Assembly (NCBI GenBank): GCA_977017575.1 | Contig: CDRNVI010000058.1 | Span: 124,001 to 188,000 of the forward strand | DNA: 64,000 nt | Direction: 5' to 3' | DNA from: Paramoeba atlantica | Taxonomy: Eukaryota > Protista > Discosea | Part shown: one piece after another, positions 24,220 through 34,465 of the stretch | Layout of the letters: every line of letters begins with the position of its first letter | How positions within the stretch are numbered: position 1 is the first letter of the stretch | Notes under the pieces: model-generated | Told to the model about the DNA's origin: nothing | What the model saw: only the letters and a program-made list of their open reading frames with translations | Database searches by the model: none | Program-made: the position numbers and the translations under genes

Positions 24220-25400
24220 GCTTCCGGAACGTGTAAGGGGACAGGCTTTTGAAACCCTTACACGGACCAAGCGTGGTCGGGGGGTCATCTTTCGCTCACC
24301 CGAGCGGGAGGGGTCTGCTAAACTCCGGCAGAGGGCGGTGCGGGCGCTCTGTAAGATAGTCCGCGTTGGGGCTCATCTTCGCGTCGCGTGGAGACACGAC
24401 AACTGTTGCGAGACTTTGTAGGTTTGGGAGGGCGAAGTCGTGTGTGAGGGGCCGGCTTATCTCAAAAGCGTAGGCGGGCATACTCAGGGGGGATCCTCGG
24501 TAACTCGAGGTGAACCTTTGGCCGGTGCATTTCGTGTTCGGTACGTGGCGAGGCCGCACACGACTCTCCCCTTTCCCCCCTTACCGAATACAGGTGTCGT
24601 GCTCTGCGCGGTGCAGGTGAGCAACCCGGCAAAGGCAAAACGAAGGAGCTCCCGTCACCGCCCTCGGTCACACTGGGCGTCGCGTGGCACACACGCCCAA
24701 CGAGATTCGGAGAACCTCAAAGGTTCCGCTGCGAAGGAGGACACAACCGTTGCAACACTTAACGTTACGACGTTAAAACTCGAGGGGGAAGATGAACTCT
24801 CTCTTCGAAGATGCAGCCGTTTGAACCAGGTGCTTGCTTTCATGCACGTAAAGGGGGTTGGCATCATGTGCCTTCAGGAGACCAAATACAATTTCTCGAA
24901 CGAAGGCCATGAGGATGGAATCCTCTATAGGCAGGTTGAAAACCTAGGGGAGCGTTTTCATTTGTATTTGCTGTCGGTCGCCGCACGCGATTCATATAAT
25001 GGCATGGCCATTGTTAGCCGACATGCGTTTCGGAAGGTTTGGATGGTGAGCAATAGGGTGATGGGAGCTGAGTGTCCCCTGGAGGAGGGGACCGGCACTT
25101 TGTTTAATGTCTACATTGATGTATGCCCCTATACGGGACTCCTCAGAAGCCGTTCATGCGGCATTTCTGGGTGACTTGGACAAGGCGTGTCGTGAGGTCA
25201 AGGCAGAACGGAAACGCAGACCTTTATTGGTCATGGGGGACTTCAATGTACCGATAACGCTCGTGACAAATCCGAGCATGGATCCCCAAGCGGTCTCTCA
25301 GCTGAAAGGCCTCTTATGCTCCATCGGCTGCAAGTCAGCACACACCCTCTGCCCGAGCAGGAGAAAATGGACATGTGAGTTGCCGGGCAGGAGGGCGGAG
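24220..25400 (+). mobile_element. APE-type LINE 5' fragment (AP endonuclease domain, frameshifted)
   Basis: VATLNVTTL, GIMCLQETK, YNGMAIVSR, LFNVY, LLVMGDFN and RRKWT. Confidence 0.8.
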
Positions 25401-25900
25401 ACAAAGGACCGTCGCAACGTGGGAACAGAGAGGGTAAGGCAGGAGGGGGAAGAAGGAAAGGTGGAACTGGGAAGGAAGGGTTCAGAGCCAGAGGGGACGG
25501 ATAACAGTGGTATGGTGAAGAGGGGCAGAGAAGGAGGAGAGGAAAATGGGGACAAGGTACTTGATTTCGAGGTCACCCACGCCCAGCAATCCAAATACTC
25601 GGACAAAGTCCGTAACGCTAGCTCGGTGGCCGCGGGGTCATTTGCCGAGCACTACGCCACGGAGCACAAGGAGCGACAACGAAGAGTCTGTAGGCACTGT
25701 CCCGAACTTCGCTGCCATGGCTGTTGAGAGCAACGGTTCGTGGAGCGTTAGCGTGGCAGCTAACGTGGAATGCTTCGATGGGTTGGCAAAAGGAGGGCCC
25801 AAGCCTCCCAAGATACCCTGACCGAGGAAGCGGCAACGAATAAACTCTATCTAGAGCTGAACGTGACCCTTGTGCGAGCCCAAGCTCGGATGATGGTCAC
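25400..25900 (+). mobile_element. Restriction-like endonuclease (RLE) tail of a CRE/R2-type retroelement
   Basis: KVLDFEVTH and FAAMAVESNGSWS resemble RLE motifs LDVTV and FxPLAVETxGxW. Confidence 0.55.
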
Positions 25901-25992
25901 CCGTATGTCTGTTTCCGACCCATGCGCCCCAATCACTGATGATTAGGGCTCCGGACGATCTAGAGTGTTGATCGGGCGGGCAGCCCCTATTC

Positions 25993-26412
25993 TCACGCCT
26001 CACCTTCGCAGGTGAGGCGCAGGTTGCTGATGTGAATCCTATCTTGGAACGCTCCTACGCCTGCGCAGGAAACGGAAGCTCTTCGCGCGGCGCTCAACAT
26101 ATTCGCCGCAACTGAAGAGAAGAGTTCGCCGCACTTGCAGCGGAGTGATTTTAGTAGCCCAGAAGCATCACGTTGAGCATCTTGCAGCGCATCATAGCAT
26201 GTTCTGGGAAGGCATAATGTGGTTAGCGGAGCTCTTCTACTCAAGCTAGCAGGCTTCACCCGTCTGCGAAAGGCTTCGATCGTCGCTCTTCTCAAAGCAA
26301 ACCAGATCTCACATTTGAAAAGAAAAGCGACTAAACAAAGAAGTGTATTTGCCAAGACAGGCTGGCTTTTCAGAAGAGGTGTAGAATGCTTTTTTTCTAA
26401 GCAGTTGCGCAA
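25993..26412 (-). CDS. Hypothetical protein
   Basis: 139-codon ORF on the cluster strand; no motif. Confidence 0.3.
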   Translation of the reverse strand: MRNCLEKKHSTPLLKSQPVLANTLLCLVAFLFKCEIWFALRRATIEAFRRRVKPASLSRRAPLTTLCLPRTCYDALQDAQRDASGLLKSLRCKCGELFSSVAANMLSAARRASVSCAGVGAFQDRIHISNLRLTCEGEA

Positions 26413-26468
26413 TTACATTCGAAAGTAGTAGATATGTCATTCCTCCAATCAAAGCGATTTATTGAATT

Positions 26469-27191
26469 TCAATAGATTTGATTGACCACATCATCAAAAT
26501 TTATTGAGCTTACTATAAATTTATCAAGATTGCCTGCAAAGTGTTCTGTACTACGCAGACCAGGAAGAAACCTTTCAGAGCTTAAAGTAGATCTGTGCCT
26601 TCGTAAGGTAAGTGCTTCGAAATTTTCTTTTCGAATACCAGGATAGAGATACATTGCTTGTAAGGCTGGAGAGCGAGACACGGGTGAAGGATGGCTTGTT
26701 TGGTCTGTACTAATTTGAAGATCTTTAGATTTCGTGTCCGTATCAATCACACTTGACGTGGTACTAGACGTGGTACGAGAAGCGGGAATAATAGTGTCTA
26801 TTGCGTTGAGTTCAGATCTATCGTCGTCTTCAATTTGAGCCTCTGATAACAGTGGCAACTGCGCTTCAGATCGTTGAAGATATTTTTTATTTAACTCAGA
26901 GAAAAGTTGGCAGCGAAATTCCTTCATCCGCTGATCTATAGCTTTTAACAAACAGGAGTGATCAATTTCTGTTTCACAACTCTTAGCTTGCGAGGAAGAG
27001 CCAGAGTTCAAGCCAGAATATTCTCTATTCTCATAAGAGTTCTCACAAGAATTTTCCGAACGTACAAGTCCATTCGAATCGTTCGACCACGTGTTTTCAG
27101 TAGAGAGCTTATCTTGTAGCTCAAATTTTTGCTTGTCAATGCCTTGCTCCATAATCATGCATGCAATAATGATAGCTTCAAAAAAAATCAA
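26469..27191 (-). CDS. Hypothetical Ser-rich host protein stranded inside the TE island
   Basis: 240-aa ORF on the cluster strand with host-like composition. Confidence 0.5.
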   Translation of the reverse strand: MIFFEAIIIACMIMEQGIDKQKFELQDKLSTENTWSNDSNGLVRSENSCENSYENREYSGLNSGSSSQAKSCETEIDHSCLLKAIDQRMKEFRCQLFSELNKKYLQRSEAQLPLLSEAQIEDDDRSELNAIDTIIPASRTTSSTTSSVIDTDTKSKDLQISTDQTSHPSPVSRSPALQAMYLYPGIRKENFEALTLRRHRSTLSSERFLPGLRSTEHFAGNLDKFIVSSINFDDVVNQIY

Positions 27192-27389
27192 AGTTCAAGA
27201 GGCTTTCAAATTAAGAAAAATATTTACAGATCACAATCTACAAGGATTATAAATTTAGAAAAAAACGACAATTGCACTTCTATTCATTTTCCAGTTTGTC
27301 AAGTCGAGCAAAAAGATTGTCTTCTTAGATGTAGATATGGTCAGGACAGATAAAAGCTGCATACTGGTGCGCTTAAATAAAAAAATCGG

Positions 27390-27775
27390 GTACGTCTCTA
27401 CTTCGTTGAATATTCAACGAAGTGCCGGCGCTTCGTTGAACCATTCATTTCTCCCCCATTTTACGCCCCAAAAGCGAGTTTGCTCAAGGAATTCTCATGG
27501 TGTTCTTCTCAACGCCTGTTCTTATGCCTTGCCAGGGAAGATTAAAGAACACCAAAGGATACTTCTTGTGGCCGACTTCGAGAAAACACAGTCTTATTCC
27601 CGGACTTACCAAAGTGTTTGGGTCCACTAGGGAACTGTGAAACTCTGGGTGGAACGATTCATGTTTTTACGATAAACTTCAGACAAAAAACAAAGATAAA
27701 TTTGATAATAAGTTAAAGAACTTCAGAAAACGTTGTAGAATCATCGTAGAAAAGAAGGGTGTATATTGGACCCCA
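27390..27775 (+). mobile_element. Internally deleted relative of the Tc1-like DD32E element at 56892
   Basis: 27450-27660 aligns by eye with 57085-57295 (transposase 5' end). 27728-27770 aligns with 58168-58212 (3' end). A 22-bp palindrome lies at 27401-27422. Confidence 0.8.
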
Positions 27776-28048
27776 TGCATACCGCCACAGCAAGCCAGTG
27801 TCAACTTGTGCCAGCCAGTGCAAGCCACAACGGCCCTTTTTCTAGGGGACCGGAAATGGTTGACTGGCGGAACGTGTGTTTTTTGTGGCCTGCGACTGAA
27901 CACGGGGTGATAAAATTAAAAATTCTGTGCCAGCCAGTGCCAGCCACACTTGCATGGGCTCCCACTTGCATTGTGGATCCTACACGGGTTTTAAAATAAT
28001 GTTTCCTAAAAATATCTGAGATTTTTTATTATTTCTTTAAGTGGCAAT

Positions 28049-28584
28049 TTGCTTTGTTGGCCTTTTTTCCGGAACACGGAAGGGACGGTGAAATATGGGG
28101 GCGGGAGTTTGATGGTATGGGCGTGCATTGCGCACGCAGGGGTGGGCAAGATACGTCTGATTGAGGGCAATTTGAACGCCCATCAGTACGTTGAAATTCT
28201 GGATCAGAATCTTGCCCCCTCCATTGAGCAAGTGGGCCTAGACCCCGACGAGGTCTTGTTTCAACAAGACAATGACCCGAAACACACGAGCAAGCTTGCC
28301 AAAGAGTGGTTGGCGAGCCACAGCTATGTGGTTTAGAAGTGGCCCCCGCAATCCCCAGATCTCAATCCTATTGAGAACATGTGGGGCCACTTAAAACGGC
28401 GTCTCTCTGCCTATAAGAAGGACCCAAAGGGAATGATCGAGCTTTGGGACCGGGCCAAAGTTGTGTGGGACGCACTTCCCAGTGCCCTATGCGCGTCTAC
28501 TGTGAGCATGCTGCTCACACTGTGAGCATGCCTCGCCATATGAGAGCGGTGATTGCTGCGAAAGGGGGGCATACAAAGTATTAG
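28049..28584 (+). mobile_element. Tc1 DD34E transposase 3' remnant
   Basis: TVKYGGGSLMVWACI, FQQDNDPKHTS, *KWPPQSPDLNPIENMW and AVIAAKGGHTKY; 34 residues between D and E; one in-frame stop. Confidence 0.9.
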
Positions 28585-28864
28585 TTTTACCTTGTTTTTA
28601 CCGTTTATTAATCAAGAAATAATCCATCTTTTTATCAAAAAATCTTCACTTGAAAAAAGTGTAAAAAATGTCTCAATAATATTTTTCACTCAAAGGTGTT
28701 ACGGGTCCTCGTGGAAGCTGCTGCATAGGTAACGGCCCTCATAGTCAGTGTGCTGGTACATACCCCTACATAACCCCCATATACTATGATAACTATTCGT
28801 CTTTCATTTCAAAGATAATCACTCAACAAAATATTTTTTCATAACATTGAGACATTTTTTAACG

Positions 28865-30455
28865 TCACTGTACCTTTGAGTCATCACTGTTTTCAGAAAA
28901 GCTACAAAAACTATCACTGACGTCATTCATGCGATCATCCATGTCTTCACATACATAAAAATTGCGAATACACTCCAGAATGTTGAAGCGGATTTGCCAG
29001 GATTCTTTCCGCTCAGTTTTTCCGAATCCGAATTTCACGCACTGCAATGCCGCATTACGGCGCAAATCCATGGATGATATTCCGTGATTATATAATGCTG
29101 CTGCTTGATCCAGTGTTTGATCGTCCGATGAGCGGCTTCCGCGTGATTGGTGTGATGGCCCTTCAAAGTCACGAATTCCTTACTTTGATTTACAGTAAAA
29201 TGTCTGCAGTATTCCCCCAAGTTTATGTAGCCACGCCACTCATCGGTTACCACCACAGATCACGCGCTCGTTAAATGTGGGGTAATGAAGTTCAGAAGCG
29301 TATGCTGGTCCCTTCGTTTGACGAGTTTCCAATGGGTTCTCCCCATTTTACGTTCATCTATCTCTGTGACGGTGACGAACCACCATCCGACTTTTCTCAC
29401 CCGCTTTCCGCGATGGTACTTTCTCTTCCCTATAAAGGTTTCATCGACTTGGAGATTTGAAAAATCGAAGTTTGCATTTTCTTGGCGAAAATATGCAGCA
29501 CTGGATACCATGTGTAACAGCTTCGTAATAGTTCTCTGACGCACCCCGCGGTTACGGCTTATATTCCCGGTCGTCAAATTGTTTGCAATATCAGCCCATA
29601 TGAGGAGCAGAGTAGTGAGAGTTACGCGTGTGCGGCTACTTAAATAAGGTTCGTACATGAAGGCTCTAGCTCTACAGGCATTCGCAGCCCCCTCCTCCCG
29701 ATGAGTACACTCGAAGAACCGCCAGGTATCCTTCATCTCCACCATAAACTCTCCCCCGTGGCGTTTGCACTCTGGTGCTGTCAAAAGGCCGTGATTTTTC
29801 ATCCACACCTCCGCCGCTTCCGCCTGGGGAATGTACCTCATATTACGCCACAAGCGAATGCACGCGAAACCTTCACATCCCCGACAAACTCGATGTGCTT
29901 CATGCGGCGGAATATGGCCTTCCGTCCATGTCGCGTGTTCGACAGCATTGTTGTTGTTGTTACGTTATTTGTATGCTTGCGTCTCGAGGTAAGCCTTAAA
30001 ACGTCTCAAAAAGGCATCCGACGTATTCCCAGTACCGTGGTCGTTGCTCATTGGAAAAAGAAACGGTAAAAGAAGAGATCAGAGATTATGACCAAACGAT
30101 CAGTCAAGGAATTCACCTCGCAGAGGTGGGCATCAAATACACAATCCTGCGGAAGTGGCAGACCTAGGTTCTCAGTGCGCGACCCGCGCGCTCCAGCGCG
30201 CGGGTCCCCAAAAAATATAATTATGTCCCAGGGCTACGCTCACAGTTGGGCCTTGCTCGCAAACGGGGGCTTTTGCCTCCAGAAGAGGGCTTCGCTCACA
30301 GTTGGGCTTTGCTCGCAAACGGGGGACTTTGCCTCCAGAAGTGGGCTTCGCTCACAATAGGGCGTTGCTCGAAGGCTGGGGGCTTTTGCCTCCAGAAGTG
30401 GGCTACGCGCACAGTTAGGCCTTGCCTCCAGACACGTAAACTAGGTGTCGCAGTT
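28865..30455 (-). mobile_element. Merlin/IS1595-family transposon, copy 2 (frameshifted), with a structured left end
   Basis: LQVDETFIGKRKYHRG, VVTDEWRGY and HTNHAEAAH. Left end 30146-30455 has a GC hairpin and tandem repeats of about 57-60 bp. Confidence 0.9.
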
Positions 30456-31074
30456 TAGGAAAATAAATGCATAATCCTGCGGAAGTGGATGACACAGGTT
30501 ATCAGTGTTCGCAGTTGGGCCTTGCTCGCAAAAAAACATGAGTACCGTTAGATCTCTACACCAAAAGTCTATTTTTGGATGCCGCTTGTGAAAACTAAAA
30601 GTGAAGACAAAGAATGAGAGAAGAAAAACAGAATTTTTATAAGCAATATCATGGCGTATTGATGCACTTCTTGAATCGAAAGGATATCGCGATCAAAAAG
30701 CCTAAATGTACGCCTTGCAAAAAAAGGAAAGGAAAAGATGTGTAGCAAATGACTTTTGTTAAAACTTTCAGTGAACATTATGAACGATTTGCATGTAAAT
30801 CTCAAATTCTTGTTTTCACAAACCGTTTTTTTTAGAGTTTTAAAACAGGCTAAAACCCTAGGAACGAATAGATTTCAAAATGAGCGAAAGAGTGGTGCTG
30901 CAACCCCCATGGATTCGCGCGGGGGAAAACAAAGGGGGTGCCTTATTCTTATCGAGGGGTTTTATACGAGAACATTTTTGCCATTATTTATGATACACTT
31001 ATAGAGCAGAGATTGTTTTCATCTTGGTGGAGGAAAAGAAACTCGCGCGCAGAACGCGCGGTACCGTTTAAATA

Positions 31075-31813
31075 CAGGGTTGTAAATTTGGATGTGGGGG
31101 GGTCTAAAATTTGTAAAACTTGGCCAATTTTGAAAAATAATAGCGCATTCGAGAGCTCTCGAACAGGGCTCATGAACGTAACAAGGCCGAACTAGGCACA
31201 AGGGGGCATTGCCCCCTAGACAAAGAGCCCCGAAACGCTATTTGTAACTTTCTAAAATAATGCTAAATGTAAAAAATATATATTAATAATTGCTATTATC
31301 GTCGATTAATCTCAATCACAATACAGCATCGCCTTCGAAAGCTCTTCACGGCATTTTCAGGGGCCTTGAAACGCTGCTTCGATCGCAATGATCAAATCTG
31401 CACAATTCCGAGGGGCTCAACCATTTTTGGAGTCGCCCACTATGGAACATGAATTTTTAGCGCGAAAAAGATTGTGTTGTTTCGTAATCGGCAACAAGAA
31501 CCATGCACCAGCTTGCTTTTACGTGCTCAGGCGAAGAATAAACACTTTCGTAGTTTTTGTGTTCGGGTGATCGCCCGCAACCCCGTCTTTGTAGCATGAA
31601 TCAGGGGAGAAATCAGAAAAACTGTGAAAAATGCAAGAATTTGCCTCCCAAAAAACTAAGTTTTTTTACGTGCACTCGAAAATCTAATTAACGCAGATGC
31701 CGTGCGTGCACGTTCATGAGCCCTGTTCGAGAGCTCTCGAATGCGCTATTATTTTCCAAAATTGGCCAAGTTTTACGAATTTTAGACCCCCCACATCCAA
31801 ATTTACACCCCTG
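31075..31813. mobile_element. 739-bp non-autonomous Tc1/mariner-type element (MITE) with about 104-bp TIRs and TA TSD
   Basis: TA|cagggttgtaaatttggatgtgggg...cccacatccaaatttacacccctg|TA. The TIRs share ggggggtctaaaatttgtaaaa and aataatagcgcatt.gagagctctcg with the element at 56892. Confidence 0.9.
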
Positions 31814-32188
31814 TATGTGGCACGCGATTTTGAAGCCGCGAGTAAAAATGGATAAAAAAAATGTAATTTCCTTCGGCCGCGTACCATAAAGTGTAAGTTC
31901 GAGATTTTAGACCTCAGGTGAGCTCAGGGAGGGGAGTCTGTCGTGATGCGCTTAAACGAAGGAAGGATGACAATTCACCTGCAGACGTATTTAGTTACGG
32001 ATAATTTATCTGAAGCCAAATCTGAATTCAACAAATCGTTGTATGTTATCCGCGAATAAATAACATTGTATAAATAAATCGGCCGCTGTAACCTTTTTTG
32101 ACAAGAGTTCTCGATACTTTCAGAATAGAAGAATATAATGCCTAAAATGATTGCATGGACACGGCCATAAGCCTACTTCGTAGAAGTT

Positions 32189-34126
32189 TTATCGAGAAAG
32201 AAAGAGAACTTGCTCCACGTGAGGCGTATGGGGAAAAAGATCCACTGCCAAGGAGAGCTGAGGCGTAAAAGGGGTATTGGGATACTTCTTTGTGGGTCGT
32301 TTCATCAGATCCGTCGCATCCCGAATAAGGGCATTTTGGTTGCATGAGACGTACACAATTTGCGTAATTGATCTCATTGAACGTAACCATCGCACCATAT
32401 TCCCATGTAGTCCTTCTCGAGGCGGATCGACGAGCGCTACCACAGAGGCAGAGTTCATCGAGCGCTCGCTTGACTCTGCGGAATCTTTTGACGTAGTTAT
32501 GTTTTCGCCCGACTCTATCTTTGGTAAAACTCGTGCTCTCTTCTCTTGCACAGACGATAGCGTCTTCGTGATTTCCGTTAACAAATTCTCTACTTTACCC
32601 TCTAAATAGGATACATTTTGGGCATTCTGGGCCTGTGTATTTCGCTTTGCATCTTGGACCGCATCATGCACCGCTTCCACGCCTATTACCCAATGCACTT
32701 GGGAGCGCAGAAACAAACCCAAGAGTCCAGTGCCACAGCACAGATCTAACAGTATGGTGTCGCTTGAGAGCTTTGCGTGTTGTTTAATTTGTCGTAACAA
32801 CGCTTCGGAGGCTTTCGTGTTGACTTGGAAAAAAGACCCAGGGCTGATTAAAAACGGGATGCCGTCCATTCGCTCTTCCAAATGCGAAGGACCGAAGAGT
32901 AATTTGAAAGGCAAATCCCAAGGGGCGGCGTTGCTGACCCCATCGTGTTCCTGCCAAAAAATACATCGAACGCCGGAGGAGAATTCGTCGAGCAGACTTT
33001 GGTACAGTTTTTCTCGAGTGTGTGTGTAAGATAACTCTGTGCTATGGTTTGCATCATCCGAATTGTTTGAGTCCTTTTCTTTTTCATTTGAATCCGGAAA
33101 CCGTGTTGTCTGTACAATCATCATCGTTTCCCCTTTTTGGTTCATCCGCACGCTGAGTCTTCTCCAGAATCCACAATGAAGACTCTTGTCATAACTCCTA
33201 AAAAGAGAAGCACAGCGATTGTACCAAAGTTGAACCCACTTCTCAAATCGTTGAGCGATTAAGATCGCGATTTGAGGCGTACAAGGACAGTACTCGGGTG
33301 AGGATACAGCAAAGTGCCCATCTTTAACAGCTCCGAGATTAAACCCGACTCGAGGGAGAGAGGACATGTGATCTCCTTCCTCTTTTTCACACCCCAGGCC
33401 AATAGTAAAATCGACGCGGTTCCGATACCCGTAGAGCTCAGGAGAGGGGGAGAGACCTGCAAAAGGAATTGCTGGAGGCAATTCGATAGATGAAGAGAAA
33501 TTGGAAAATCCAGAAAGTGCTCTGCGATCAGCTTGATAGACCTCGTGACGTATTTTTTCAAGAACCTCCGAGCAGTGTTTGGTCTTCTTTTCAAGCTGAG
33601 ATTCGTAGGAGAGGGCTGTCCAGGGAGCAGTGCTGGAGGATGGGTTCGTTTTACGATTAACGTCGCCTTTAGAGCATGAATTCTCCATTTCAGATAAAGC
33701 TAATTCCGTTTTTGGACGAGATTCTTTGTCTCTTTTTCGTTTTAGATTTCTGTCTATTGGATCTTCCATATCACCAACAAACACAGGAGTTTCTTTCCAT
33801 GAGGTGCCTTTGTGCTTTATTGCACATAAAATTTGACTGGCTGTATTTTTTGCAAGTTCCGAATCGAAAGAAAGAAATAAGTAGCTACTGTTGGGACTCT
33901 TTCCAACACGAGTGCAGCCAGTGAAATAAGACTTTAAGGGGAAATTGCTCTTTTCTTGTTCTTGTTGATCCATCCTAGGTACCTTTTTTTCGAGAATACG
34001 TTTGATATCGCTTTGCGTAAATCGGTGGGACCCAACGAAGATTTTCAATAAATAATCATTTGTGCGTCGGTGAATCAGTGACTCGTTCGGAGTGTTGTGT
34101 GAATTCGGACTTGTTTCACTCTCCAT
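32189..34126 (-). CDS. TRM2: tRNA (uracil-5-)-methyltransferase, TRM2/TRMT2 family
   Basis: YGYRNRVDF, ISPGSFFQVNT, LLDLCCGTG, LVDPPREGL, YVSCN and VDLFPHTPHVE. Confidence 0.92.
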   Translation of the reverse strand: MESETSPNSHNTPNESLIHRRTNDYLLKIFVGSHRFTQSDIKRILEKKVPRMDQQEQEKSNFPLKSYFTGCTRVGKSPNSSYLFLSFDSELAKNTASQILCAIKHKGTSWKETPVFVGDMEDPIDRNLKRKRDKESRPKTELALSEMENSCSKGDVNRKTNPSSSTAPWTALSYESQLEKKTKHCSEVLEKIRHEVYQADRRALSGFSNFSSSIELPPAIPFAGLSPSPELYGYRNRVDFTIGLGCEKEEGDHMSSLPRVGFNLGAVKDGHFAVSSPEYCPCTPQIAILIAQRFEKWVQLWYNRCASLFRSYDKSLHCGFWRRLSVRMNQKGETMMIVQTTRFPDSNEKEKDSNNSDDANHSTELSYTHTREKLYQSLLDEFSSGVRCIFWQEHDGVSNAAPWDLPFKLLFGPSHLEERMDGIPFLISPGSFFQVNTKASEALLRQIKQHAKLSSDTILLDLCCGTGLLGLFLRSQVHWVIGVEAVHDAVQDAKRNTQAQNAQNVSYLEGKVENLLTEITKTLSSVQEKRARVLPKIESGENITTSKDSAESSERSMNSASVVALVDPPREGLHGNMVRWLRSMRSITQIVYVSCNQNALIRDATDLMKRPTKKYPNTPFTPQLSLAVDLFPHTPHVEQVLFLSR

Positions 34127-34465
34127 TAAGAAAATGTTGGATTTGATGTCCTAAATAACTGATAATGTTGATATGTGCAATGAATGGCTAGTAAATTCAG
34201 CGTCACATGAAAAACGTTTTAAATTCAACATAAAGATTATGCCTGACGACTCTGCAGTACGTTATGTCGCATAATAACGTATAATGATATACACAACGAC
34301 AGAACCAGAGACAACGGCAAGTAGGAGCTGTAGTGAGAACTACAGACTCTGCGCTCTGCAAAAACCCAACCTTACATCGGAAACAGGATTTTCCTGTTGA
34401 TACTTCTGCCACCCGTTTTTATTTAAAAAGGAAAGTAACGAAAAGTCTTGTGAGTAGCTTGTAAG

